Positions 17,701 through 25,512 of a stretch of DNA of 43,882 nucleotides are shown in pieces; position 1 is the stretch's first letter; each line of letters opens with the position of its first letter. Below the pieces are notes generated by a model. The model did no database searches and had not been told where the DNA came from. It saw only the letters and a list, made by a program, of their open reading frames with translations. Position numbers and translations under genes: made by a program. Origin of the DNA: Candidatus Saccharimonadota bacterium (GTDB taxonomy: Bacteria; Patescibacteriota; Saccharimonadia; Saccharimonadales; UBA10212); the NCBI GenBank assembly GCA_013815775.1, contig JACDFN010000001.1:1-43882 (forward strand), written 5' to 3'.

Positions 17701-17970
17701 GCGCAGGCTCCTAGTCCAGTAGTTGCCATGGATCTAAACCTATTAAAGTTTATTCTGGAGGTCAGCCAAGGCCAAAATATTCAAATTAATGCTTTGGCTG
17801 GGCAATGCCATAGTTCGGGGTCTAGGCATTACGAGGGTAAAGCAGTTGATTTCGGATGCCCTTTCAACGCTTCTGCCGCTGACGCCGTAGCAGGAAAATA
17901 TGGGGTTTCTAGAAATTCTGAAAATTGCGCTCAAAACGCCCACTACCATTATTCTGTGGGGGGAAGCTAA
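14710..17970 (+). CDS. Large membrane-anchored T4SS-associated protein with C-terminal M15-like Zn-peptidase domain
   Basis: Disordered N-terminus, TM at ~aa 138-160, further hydrophobic region, Pro linker, then SRHYEGKAVD (SxHxxGxAxD) and terminal HYH. Confidence 0.75.
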   Translation: MAEPARQLNEREGNTHDNHKPGQVFEPRIVEGNGGGDSIPRGKLVAAKEPTYDQPGNESSTPDKPNLKALEGGGEPSRPKDNLRSNAEDENSTSENLLKAESSAEVSPQRHENPVGDGYKSAGKQKGLMSRFTSRRALIGIGALGSATIVGAVLLFSFLNIFKLDGLMSNVTAKAFLRSSAVLDGRSSKWVSAYIQARMLDMGDSADMNNNENILFRSNKVDTNSPFTDWYKTLRASKFELEVFEKQGIKFTSAVTADGKIRPGRIDIKGQDSIPIKVSASDFSKISSGDIETINKYQTYVDTEVFKNDKAARKAIKQVVKENTLWHQIYQRRHLRKSIQNMTGVRDWRFFEQTRDKANESGAAVRAKVVDKMVPDATLLGRVTRCLFGVEQCNPSRDVADPKNRATVQAKYGTDKAKTKEEIKKEQEFLAQLKDKGIDPSDLSEALKKILTRANLITNLLFLPDTLDMIAFIDDNLEKLVKLVVLARGAQAAGLYQEFSTANDQLKTGQVTGEEVNHFMQILSSAGSSDGWAKVVEGKGDPGTASSTGKCSREELAKAEKQPNKYQKEYALLCADERIGSTAKAQQIQDEYKATVGIIVGPIADAWTGAKGNIITGTFIRAIQWFSGLIASALSGVFGAILDILGLKDNVEKAIFWVFGKLSAFIGINIISGNESGGKFYNWLVQGGAYTAESDARQKGASLTNGASLASTQLAIKQHQTDRQEDMSLFDRVASLDNPDSLAYKSLIAADSLRSNPSAAMASSLKNMWRGLGSSFSTILVGQSSAATLDGYAASKFAGIETYDYPPKCSTLNPILSKPIDGTNALDVFANPSKYNLKNAPIGLSQDEINSLNDWDVMTNSDEFYNTIYGIIGENTEDADDIAVQIYNCHLLDTAIRGSLGYLYGYSKDNGLEDNVASSPPPGTTPPPPGDPTSPVTGTAQQIAKQILAAAAAGKIKFNVLFGSDIFDGSTPEQNVEQTAAGLPAKTTSTCGSSGRGAQAPSPVVAMDLNLLKFILEVSQGQNIQINALAGQCHSSGSRHYEGKAVDFGCPFNASAADAVAGKYGVSRNSENCAQNAHYHYSVGGS

Positions 17971-17971
17971 A

Positions 17972-19231
17972 ATGTTGGCAGAAAAAATTATATCCGCTAG
18001 TAAGTTTCTGATACTAATCCTATTTATCTGCACTATAATTTATCCGAACATTGCTGCTGCTCAGGGCAGTACTTATAGAAAATTACAAACTCCTTTCTAT
18101 GACCCAAACGGCTCCCAGACCACTTCCTGCGGAAGTGCTAGTTTAATTGGATCAGAAAATGCCGAGAAGGTTTTTAACTTTTTTAGGGGCAAGGGAATGG
18201 AAGCATGGCAAGCCGCCGGAATCATCGGTAATATGACCGCAGAATCTGGTGTTGAACCCCAGCGTCTTCAGGGAACTCCAATAGATGTAAAAACACCGGC
18301 TGAGTCTTTTTCCGGTAGCCTTGGCTGGGGCATCGTGCAGTGGACACCTGGCAGCAAATTTATCGATACCATCAACCCTATAAGCAAGGCTAACGAACTT
18401 GGGGTGCAGCTAGAGTTTTTATGGAAACAGCTAGAGGGCAAAGGGCCGCTACCCGAGAAACAAGCAGGTGATGAACTTAAAAGAACTACCGATGTAGAGA
18501 GCGCTACCGTTGCCTTCCAAGGAACAGAGCCCGGCGGAACCGTGCAGTACGAGGGTAAAAGCTATGGTCCCTATACTGGTTTTGAGAGACCGGCGGATAA
18601 GCAAGGAAGTATTGCTTTTCGGATTGACACCGCAAAAAGCATATTTGCTAAGTACGGGTCAAATGATGGAGGCGGTGCAGCGGAGTGCGTGTTAGGTGGC
18701 AGCTTAGGTATTTCAGGAGACTGCCAGGCAAACGGCATAGTCTATGAGGGTCAATATACCCAGCAGCAGTTAAGAAAAATTTTTGGCCCGCCGGTCCGTG
18801 ACACTAAGGTAAATCTGGTTAACATCGACTTCTTCGGCAGTAAAATACCAGTACATAAACTAGTTGCTCCCTGCCTCAAAGCCATAGAGCAAGAGCTAAT
18901 AGCTAAAAATGTAAGCTACAGACCCGAAGCCTTAAAGGGTGGTTTCTGGTGTATAAGAGAAAATGACGGCCAAATAGGCGACAGCAGCTACCATGTATAC
19001 GGAGCCGGGTGTGACATCAACCCCCTTACCAATAATTACTTCAGTGATGGCAAGGCAAGACCCTACACCCCCAACTGTCCAATTGCAACGGGGGTGATAG
19101 ACAGTGGCAATTGTTATGATTTACCCCCGGATTATGTGTCGACCTTTGAGAAATATGGGTTTGCGTGGGGTGGTAACTATAGCTCTATAAAAGATTACAT
19201 GCATTTTGAGTGGCATGGGGTAAAACCATGA
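17972..19231 (+). CDS. Secreted bifunctional peptidoglycan hydrolase: phage-tail-lysozyme-like + M15 peptidase (VirB1-like role)
   Basis: Start reassigned to ATG 17972; AAGIIGNMTAESG, GWGIVQWT, QLEFL, FERP; SYHVYGAGCDIN and FEKYGFAWGG..DYMHFE. Confidence 0.88.
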   Translation: MLAEKIISASKFLILILFICTIIYPNIAAAQGSTYRKLQTPFYDPNGSQTTSCGSASLIGSENAEKVFNFFRGKGMEAWQAAGIIGNMTAESGVEPQRLQGTPIDVKTPAESFSGSLGWGIVQWTPGSKFIDTINPISKANELGVQLEFLWKQLEGKGPLPEKQAGDELKRTTDVESATVAFQGTEPGGTVQYEGKSYGPYTGFERPADKQGSIAFRIDTAKSIFAKYGSNDGGGAAECVLGGSLGISGDCQANGIVYEGQYTQQQLRKIFGPPVRDTKVNLVNIDFFGSKIPVHKLVAPCLKAIEQELIAKNVSYRPEALKGGFWCIRENDGQIGDSSYHVYGAGCDINPLTNNYFSDGKARPYTPNCPIATGVIDSGNCYDLPPDYVSTFEKYGFAWGGNYSSIKDYMHFEWHGVKP

Positions 19232-19274
19232 TTGATCCAAGAATAAAGTGTAATAAAGCTGGGAGTTTACGCTC

Positions 19275-20744
19275 ATGAAGAAAAAAGCCATTTTAGTACT
19301 CTCGGCTATTGTTTTCGTACTGGTTATCTACGGCCTATATAGCACCGCTTTTATTGAAGTATCCGTTACCGGCCAAGGTAGCTCCGAAATTTCCTATAAA
19401 TTTATAAACCAAGATACTTCTAAGGAGAAGGTGATTAAGAGCGGCTCTACTAAACTAAAAACCAGAGTGTCTAAGGGAAATTACGAGATTTTGGTCAAGC
19501 AGGGTGAAGTCAGTTATGTATCGATAATAAAAGCTGCAGGATTTCTAAAAACTTCCTCGATTAGCGCTAGCCTTAAGCCGGAAAAGAGCCGGCAATTCGT
19601 GGGCAATAACCCCGGTTCATGCATGAACTACAACGACAGTATACTTGTTACGCATACCTGTGGAACTACCTACAACAAGGTCAACGTCCACGTCCCGGCA
19701 AACTCTTCTTTACCAACCTATATTGCCCAAAGCTCAAGCCTATCCATATTCGGCTATTTGGGAGGTGTAGTGAACACTAGCGAAGGCAGTCTGGCTTTGG
19801 TCCGCGCTCTAGGAGATGACGTTAGCAGCTACTTTATCCACCGTATCGACCAAAGCCTTAAATCACTTGGTTCAACTGCACTGCCAAACCTTGACGTAAA
19901 CAAATTCTACGTCATTAAATCCTATGGGAGTGGATTCATAATTTATGATACTTCTTTCCAACAGGTACTTATTTATCCTAGCAGAGCTGCAAAACCGATG
20001 ACGGTTAAGTTTGATACCCCGGGTGAAAAGAATTTAATTCTCAAAGATATAGACTTTCGAAGCAATGGGTTTACTAAGCTATACACTACAGATGACGGCT
20101 CTAAGGATGCCCGGTCGGAAGTGGTGGCTGTCCGAGAAGGGAAATCCAAGCACTATGTTTTTAATAAAAAATTTCTACAGGCTAAACTATGTGGGGAGCG
20201 GTCTTTGTGCGTAGTCACAGGCGAGCGGCTCGAGGTCTATGATATAGCGCAAGAAAAACCGAAGTTTTCTTTTGCCCTTAATGGGACGGAGCTGGTGGGA
20301 ACTTCCGGCAAGAACATCCTAATCAAACATGGCCGAGGGATAATAAACTTGGACCTGGACAAACGCAGCGGGTTTATTGAATTTGGCCTTGATGATTATG
20401 ATTACTGCGGAATACAAGAAGATGCTGGAACGTATTTGCTCTGTTTAATTAACAATAAGAATAAAAAGGTTGCTCTGCGCATAGACACGGGCTCCGACAA
20501 CACTGACAGTGTAGATAAAAAAATAAACCAGCTCCTCAATACGCCGGAGGTTTCTGATGTATCTATCTACGGTAAGTTTATCTTTATATCTCCTAACCTG
20601 GGGGAGCTTGTGTACGACAGTAGAACTAACGGCTACGGATACAACCCTGCCACCAAAAAAGCTGCTAATGACAAAATAAACCAGGAGATAGATCGGTTAG
20701 GAATAGACAGGAGAGTATATTCTATTACCAACACGATTCCCTGA
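19275..20744 (+). CDS. Membrane-anchored beta-rich extracellular protein (PEGA-like N-domain, probable beta-propeller)
   Basis: N-terminal TM; V.KGNYEILVKQG PEGA-like strand pattern; repeated beta-strand blocks and Cys pairs. Confidence 0.65.
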   Translation: MKKKAILVLSAIVFVLVIYGLYSTAFIEVSVTGQGSSEISYKFINQDTSKEKVIKSGSTKLKTRVSKGNYEILVKQGEVSYVSIIKAAGFLKTSSISASLKPEKSRQFVGNNPGSCMNYNDSILVTHTCGTTYNKVNVHVPANSSLPTYIAQSSSLSIFGYLGGVVNTSEGSLALVRALGDDVSSYFIHRIDQSLKSLGSTALPNLDVNKFYVIKSYGSGFIIYDTSFQQVLIYPSRAAKPMTVKFDTPGEKNLILKDIDFRSNGFTKLYTTDDGSKDARSEVVAVREGKSKHYVFNKKFLQAKLCGERSLCVVTGERLEVYDIAQEKPKFSFALNGTELVGTSGKNILIKHGRGIINLDLDKRSGFIEFGLDDYDYCGIQEDAGTYLLCLINNKNKKVALRIDTGSDNTDSVDKKINQLLNTPEVSDVSIYGKFIFISPNLGELVYDSRTNGYGYNPATKKAANDKINQEIDRLGIDRRVYSITNTIP

Positions 20745-20751
20745 GCAGGCT

Positions 20752-21828
20752 TTATCGAAGTTTAGAGGCAGTTGTTGTGGGTATTAAGTTGTGTGTTCCA
20801 GAAGAAAAGTATTCTACCACGGCGTCGGCGTCAGTAGTAGTTATAATAGTTTGATAATTACTCAAGTAATCAACGAGTGCGTGCCGGCGTGCGCCGTCTA
20901 GCTCAGAGAAAACGTCGTCCAGTAAGAGGATCGGTTTTTGACCCCGGGCTTTAGATATTAAACCAAGCTCAAAGATTTTTATGGCCAGAAGCAGACTCCT
21001 TGTTTCCCCGCGTGAAGCAGTTTGGTTGGCGGGTTGATGGTTTAAGATAAAAGTTATGTCTTCGCGGTGGGGCCCGTAAGCGGTAAAACCTCTCTCGTAA
21101 TCGAGACTACTGTTCTTTTCCAGTCTTGAAAGCATTTGGCTAGCGTAGCTGCCGACCGGGAACTGTACTTCGTATTGGATTGTGACAGCCGACTTGTGCT
21201 GGGCAATTTCGCTGTAAGTTTTGCTTATATTTTTATTTATTTTGTCTATCAAGACTTGACGTGCTTGGGCAATTTTGGCGCCTTGCTCACTCAAGCGAAC
21301 ATTCCAGGCAAAAAGTTGAGACTCTCCGAAAGAACGCCCACGCTTAAGAAGTGCGTTACGTTGAGCTAGCATACGACGATAATTGCCCACGAGCGCTTTA
21401 TAGCCCGGTAAGCTTCTCTCTAGCAGGCTATCAATATATTCGCGGCGATGTTGGGGCCCGCGTGTAATCATCTGAAGATGGTTGGGTTCGAAAAAAACTA
21501 CAGGAACAGTGCGCTCCAAGCTAAGACGCTTAAAAGGCTTATCTCCTAGTAGAAACGACTTTTCCACTGTCTGATTACTTCGAGTAAGCTTTAAAACTCT
21601 AGTGTCAGCTCCGTAAAAGCCTTCTAACCGAGCCCAAGGGGCTTTGTGAGATATGAGCTCTTGGTCTCGAGCTCTATATGAACTGCCGCTAGACAACATA
21701 AGAATTGCCTCTAGAAGATTTGTCTTTCCACTGGCATTAGGGCCCACCACAATGTTAACTGCCGGGTCAAATTCAAAGGAGTCATCCGTATATGACCGGA
21801 AGTTCTGTAGACGAAGGGTTGTGACCAT
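20752..21828 (-). CDS. recF: DNA replication and repair protein RecF
   Basis: LQNFRSY, GPNASGKTNLLEAI, GPHRED, ASRGE, LLLDDVFSELD; downstream of dnaN. Confidence 0.96.
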   Translation of the reverse strand: MVTTLRLQNFRSYTDDSFEFDPAVNIVVGPNASGKTNLLEAILMLSSGSSYRARDQELISHKAPWARLEGFYGADTRVLKLTRSNQTVEKSFLLGDKPFKRLSLERTVPVVFFEPNHLQMITRGPQHRREYIDSLLERSLPGYKALVGNYRRMLAQRNALLKRGRSFGESQLFAWNVRLSEQGAKIAQARQVLIDKINKNISKTYSEIAQHKSAVTIQYEVQFPVGSYASQMLSRLEKNSSLDYERGFTAYGPHREDITFILNHQPANQTASRGETRSLLLAIKIFELGLISKARGQKPILLLDDVFSELDGARRHALVDYLSNYQTIITTTDADAVVEYFSSGTHNLIPTTTASKLR

Positions 21829-21856
21829 GATAATCTAGCAGCCTTCAGCTACCCAG

Positions 21857-22948
21857 CTAACTGCGGAGTGGCATTATGAGGTGCATATAGTTTTGCTCCG
21901 ACTGGCTGCGCAAGATACAGGGTTCAAGTTTGCCATTAAAACAAAACTCTACCTCGGCTGAGCTAAATGCGTTCAAAGCGTCAATGAGATAACGAGAGTT
22001 AAGCGTTACCTCTCCACCCCCATTCACTTCGGCTTTGGCGGTGGCTGTGTTTTCGCCCAACTGTGAAGCGATTGCATTGATACTTATGTCGCCACTGGCC
22101 TTATCGGCTTTGATAGTTATACTGCCCGCACTTTCCCTAGCGAACAGGCTTGAAACCTTGGTAATGTTTAAAAAATCTGTTCGGCTGAGACGAACGGTTG
22201 TGGCAAATTTTACGGGAATTAACTTGCGGTAATCTGGGTAGTTCCCCTCAATTAACCTCGCTACTAAAATAACGTCGCCAACTTCAAAGCGTACTTGTTG
22301 ATCATCGTGTGTTATTTTTATTTCTTTATCACTGTCCCCGATAATTCTCAGTAGGTCGGCGGCGGCGGTGGCCGGCACTAGGAAGTTGAGAGATGTTTTA
22401 GTTTTTCCTAGCTTGTACTCGGCTAGACGGTAACTATCGGTAGAGGCAGCTATGATGCTCCCGTCAGAACTATGAAAATAAACACCTGTTAAAACTGGTC
22501 TAGCATCATCGGCACTAGCAGCGAAGACAATCTGCTGAAGCGCCTTTTTAAAGACTGTAGCGTCAGTGTTCCATGTGCTTCCTCCGGTAATTGCTGGCAT
22601 TACGGGGAATTCCTCAGAGCTGGTTCCGTTTATTGTGGATTTGTATTGGTCGTTAGTAATGTGCAGTTTATTGTCAGCAAGCTCTATTTTCAGTACGCTT
22701 TCGGGTAGACTAGAGACAAATTCTTGCATTAATCTGGCTGGGACTGTGATGGAGCCAGTTTCCTCAATCTTGGAACCTACGAATTGAGTGATAGCAATAT
22801 CTAGGTTGGTGGCTGCGATACTAAGCCTGTTATTGTCTGTTTTTAATAAAACATTGGAAAGAATGGGGAGGGTATTGCGTGTGTTAGCTACACGGGCGAC
22901 TGTGTTAATTGCTTTGCTTAGGTTTTCCTGGGTAACTTGGAGTTTCAT
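21857..22948 (-). CDS. dnaN: DNA polymerase III beta sliding clamp
   Basis: LPILSNVL, ATNLDI, RPVLTGV, TDSYRL, LIEGNYPDY, C-terminal LIMPLR. Confidence 0.97.
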   Translation of the reverse strand: MKLQVTQENLSKAINTVARVANTRNTLPILSNVLLKTDNNRLSIAATNLDIAITQFVGSKIEETGSITVPARLMQEFVSSLPESVLKIELADNKLHITNDQYKSTINGTSSEEFPVMPAITGGSTWNTDATVFKKALQQIVFAASADDARPVLTGVYFHSSDGSIIAASTDSYRLAEYKLGKTKTSLNFLVPATAAADLLRIIGDSDKEIKITHDDQQVRFEVGDVILVARLIEGNYPDYRKLIPVKFATTVRLSRTDFLNITKVSSLFARESAGSITIKADKASGDISINAIASQLGENTATAKAEVNGGGEVTLNSRYLIDALNAFSSAEVEFCFNGKLEPCILRSQSEQNYMHLIMPLRS

Positions 22949-23196
22949 TCTATAATTCCTATTAGTATATTATTTTAGTTGTAGTAGTAAGGGCTGTGGA
23001 TAGCGGGTAAAAGCCGAAAACACTACTGTTAAACCGGCCCGTATATTGTGTATATGATTTACTGAAGCATGTGCTTATCCTGCTCATAAGTAGGTACCTA
23101 ACAATAATAAAAGACCCAAGCCCTGTGGAGAGCGTGTAGAACAACCTGATTTTTACAAAGCTTTTGCTCAGGCTTTCCACTGGATGTACACAAAGC
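22949..23196. other. oriC: oriC unwinding half: AT-rich tract, DnaA-trios and DnaA boxes
   Basis: TAG-TTG-TAG-TAG-TAA (22976-22990), GGGC spacer, box TGTGGATAG (22995-23003); degenerate boxes at 23047-55, 23124-32, 23173-81, 23184-92. Confidence 0.88.
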
Positions 23197-24585
23197 TTAA
23201 GCATAAAGTCTCTCCTTAAGTTCGTTGACGTTTTGCTTAATCGTACCGTCATAGCTTAACTCTTTTTCGATTTTATCAACCGAATGGATAGCGGTTGTAT
23301 GATCTTTTCGACCCAACTCGTGAGCTATCTTCGGGAAGCTTAGATGAAGCTCACTTCTAAGCATATACATAGCAATTTGGCGGGGCACTACAATGTCTTT
23401 ATCTCTCTTGGGACCTAGTATTTCCTCAAGCGATATATGAAAATGTTTAGCCGTCCGTTCTATTATCTGCCTGGCGTTGATGTGTTTAGGACGGGAACGG
23501 CCGCTATCAAACATAGTTGATACTGCTTGTAGACTAGGTTCTATTTTTCTCATCTCACAAAAAGCGATAACCTGATTTAAAGCTCCTTCAAGTTCACGAA
23601 TATTGCTTTGAACTCTTGTAGCTAAAAACTCTACTACTTCGTTAGATAAATCAAAACTCAAACTAGAAGACTTGCTATGAAGTATTGCGCAGCGTGTTTC
23701 GAAGTCGGGGTTTTGCATGTCGATTGTCATCCCCCAGGCAAACCGGCTGCGTAGCCGTTCTTCTAGTGTGGGGATATCTTTGGGGGGCTTATCACTGCTC
23801 ATAATGATCTGCTTGTTTGCCTGGTATAGAGCGTTGAAGGTATGGAAGAATTCTTCCTGTATTTTCTCCTTGCCAGCTAAAAACTGCACATCGTCTACAA
23901 TTAGCACATCCGCTCCACGGTAAAACCCCGCGAAACTACTGGCGTTTTTCTTAAAGCGGATCGCATCGACGAACTCTTGAACAAACTGCTCAGTAGAAGC
24001 ATAAATTACCTTGCCGCCATTTCTTCCAGTTGATATGGCGTTACCCAAAGCTTGTATAAGATGGGTTTTACCAATCCCAACGCCTCCATATATGAACAAA
24101 GGATTGTATTTAGTGCCTGGTTTCTGAGCTATGGCTTGGCAGGCTGCGTAAGCAAGTTCGTTTCCGGCGCCAACTACAAAATTTTCAAAAGTATATCTTT
24201 CATTTAGTCCTTGACGGTAGGAATGGGTGACATCTGCTATGCGAGACTTAATCGATAATTGGTTTGCCGGTACGGCACGGCTAGAAGCAGCATGGTTGTT
24301 TGCTCCAGAGGGCTCGCCGTGACGCTGTGTTGGGACTATGCCGGTGTGGATCTTGTATTCAACCTTCTTGGGCTGGGCTCCATTTTTTGCTAATACTTTA
24401 ACTACGAGTTCGTTGAATTTTTTTTCAAGCTGGTTCTTGACGAATATATTGGGCACACCTATTACAGCTAAGTCATCTTTACACTTTATTAACTGGGTAT
24501 GCTTAAACCATGTAACAAAATTTCCACGGGAAATGCTAAGCTCGATTTCCCCTAGAACTGCTTGCCACAAGGCGGTTTCCTGCAT
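23197..24585 (-). CDS. dnaA: Chromosomal replication initiator DnaA
   Basis: YTFENFVVG, YNPLFIYGGVGIGKTHL, IVDDVQF, QEEFFHTFN, NIRELEGAL, RKDHTTAIH. Confidence 0.98.
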   Translation of the reverse strand: MQETALWQAVLGEIELSISRGNFVTWFKHTQLIKCKDDLAVIGVPNIFVKNQLEKKFNELVVKVLAKNGAQPKKVEYKIHTGIVPTQRHGEPSGANNHAASSRAVPANQLSIKSRIADVTHSYRQGLNERYTFENFVVGAGNELAYAACQAIAQKPGTKYNPLFIYGGVGIGKTHLIQALGNAISTGRNGGKVIYASTEQFVQEFVDAIRFKKNASSFAGFYRGADVLIVDDVQFLAGKEKIQEEFFHTFNALYQANKQIIMSSDKPPKDIPTLEERLRSRFAWGMTIDMQNPDFETRCAILHSKSSSLSFDLSNEVVEFLATRVQSNIRELEGALNQVIAFCEMRKIEPSLQAVSTMFDSGRSRPKHINARQIIERTAKHFHISLEEILGPKRDKDIVVPRQIAMYMLRSELHLSFPKIAHELGRKDHTTAIHSVDKIEKELSYDGTIKQNVNELKERLYA

Positions 24586-24651
24586 GTATCCTAAACCCTC
24601 ATTAAAAGTAACATCGTAAGTTACTATAAACTATAGCGAATGGCTGGTTGT

Positions 24652-24776
24652 TTTTCCACAGGCGTAACAAAAATCACTACAGTCGCGGTAGTTTTTTGGC
24701 TGTAAGGTGATAACTTATGCACAAGATGCTGCTTACCCTGTTATATTGTGGACAAAGCTTGGTCAAGAGTGGAAAA
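24652..24776. promoter_or_regulatory. DnaA-box cluster upstream of dnaA (second oriC half / autoregulation)
   Basis: TTTTCCACA 24652-60 and TTATGCACA 24715-23 (both match TTWTNCACA); TGTGGACAA 24747-55 and AGTGGAAAA 24768-76 (one mismatch each). Confidence 0.85.
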
Positions 24777-24831
24777 CCTGTTAGAATTTGGGGGTTATTA
24801 TTGTTAATTTAACGCTTCATCATTACCCAAT

Positions 24832-24969
24832 ATGCCTAAAAGAACATACCAACCTAAAACGCGGCGACGAAGCCGTGAACACGGTTTTCTAAAGCGCATG
24901 GCTACCAGCGCCGGACGCAGGGTAGTCAAGCGTCGCCGAGATAAAGGCCGCACCCTGCTTACTCGTTAG
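24832..24969 (+). CDS. rpmH: 50S ribosomal protein L34 (not in the ORF track)
   Basis: Manual translation [45 protein letters not shown]; divergent from dnaA. Confidence 0.97.
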   Translation: MPKRTYQPKTRRRSREHGFLKRMATSAGRRVVKRRRDKGRTLLTR

Positions 24970-25050
24970 TTTGCACCGCGTAGTCTGCTTCCTGACGGCG
25001 CGTAGCTCTGCACCCTATGCTTACTAACGGTCAAACTCCTACAACTTCTG

Positions 25051-25085
25051 CTTTTAGCTTTTAGCTTTTAGCATTAAGCTAAAAG
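25051..25085 (+). repeat. (CTTTTAG)x3 tandem repeat plus one inverted copy before rnpA
   Basis: CTTTTAG at 25051, 25058 and 25065; GCTAAAAG at 25078-85; ATG at 25087. Confidence 0.85.
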
Positions 25086-25086
25086 G

Positions 25087-25446
25087 ATGATTTCCCGCGA
25101 GCATCGCTTCCATGGCTATGGCAGCCTCAGATATGTATACCGCAACGGTGTGACAGTCAGGGGACCTTTATTCTCCCTGAAAGCGGCTCCTAATCCAAAA
25201 CGAAAAGGCTATCGTCTGGCTGTTGTGGTCAGCCGCAAAGTACACAAGTCTGCGGTGGCGCGTAATCGTTTACGCCGACGCCTGTATGAAGCGGTGAGAG
25301 CGCTGGAGGACAGCATCGTCCACCCGTACGATATCGTCATAACCGTATTCCAAGATTCTTTAGTAGACGAACCGCCGATTTCCTTGAGCAAACAGGTCAA
25401 AAGGCAACTTACTCAAGCAGGCGTACTAGTAAAACTCGTTCGCTAA
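25087..25446 (+). CDS. rnpA: Ribonuclease P protein component
   Basis: RLAVVVSRKVHKSAVARNRLRRRL (RNR motif); synteny. Confidence 0.95.
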   Translation: MISREHRFHGYGSLRYVYRNGVTVRGPLFSLKAAPNPKRKGYRLAVVVSRKVHKSAVARNRLRRRLYEAVRALEDSIVHPYDIVITVFQDSLVDEPPISLSKQVKRQLTQAGVLVKLVR

Positions 25447-25512
25447 CCTGCTTCTTACTAATGAGGTGAAATCTCACATGTTATTATAAGTGCCAAGAGG
25501 TTATCTATTTCT

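Noticed and set aside
17972-19231. Prophage inferred from the tail-lysozyme domain
   Set aside because: No capsid, terminase, portal or holin genes; gene lies in the T4SS operon and has a signal peptide
1409-20751. Genomic island or ICE integrated at tRNA-Ser
   Set aside because: No integrase, relaxase or duplicated tRNA 3' end seen; the locus is contiguous with core genes
22962-23252. 96-aa ORF between dnaA and dnaN
   Set aside because: Runs across the DnaA boxes and trios; typical oriC shadow ORF
25447-25512. yidD between rnpA and yidC
   Set aside because: Only 66 bp; no room for the gene
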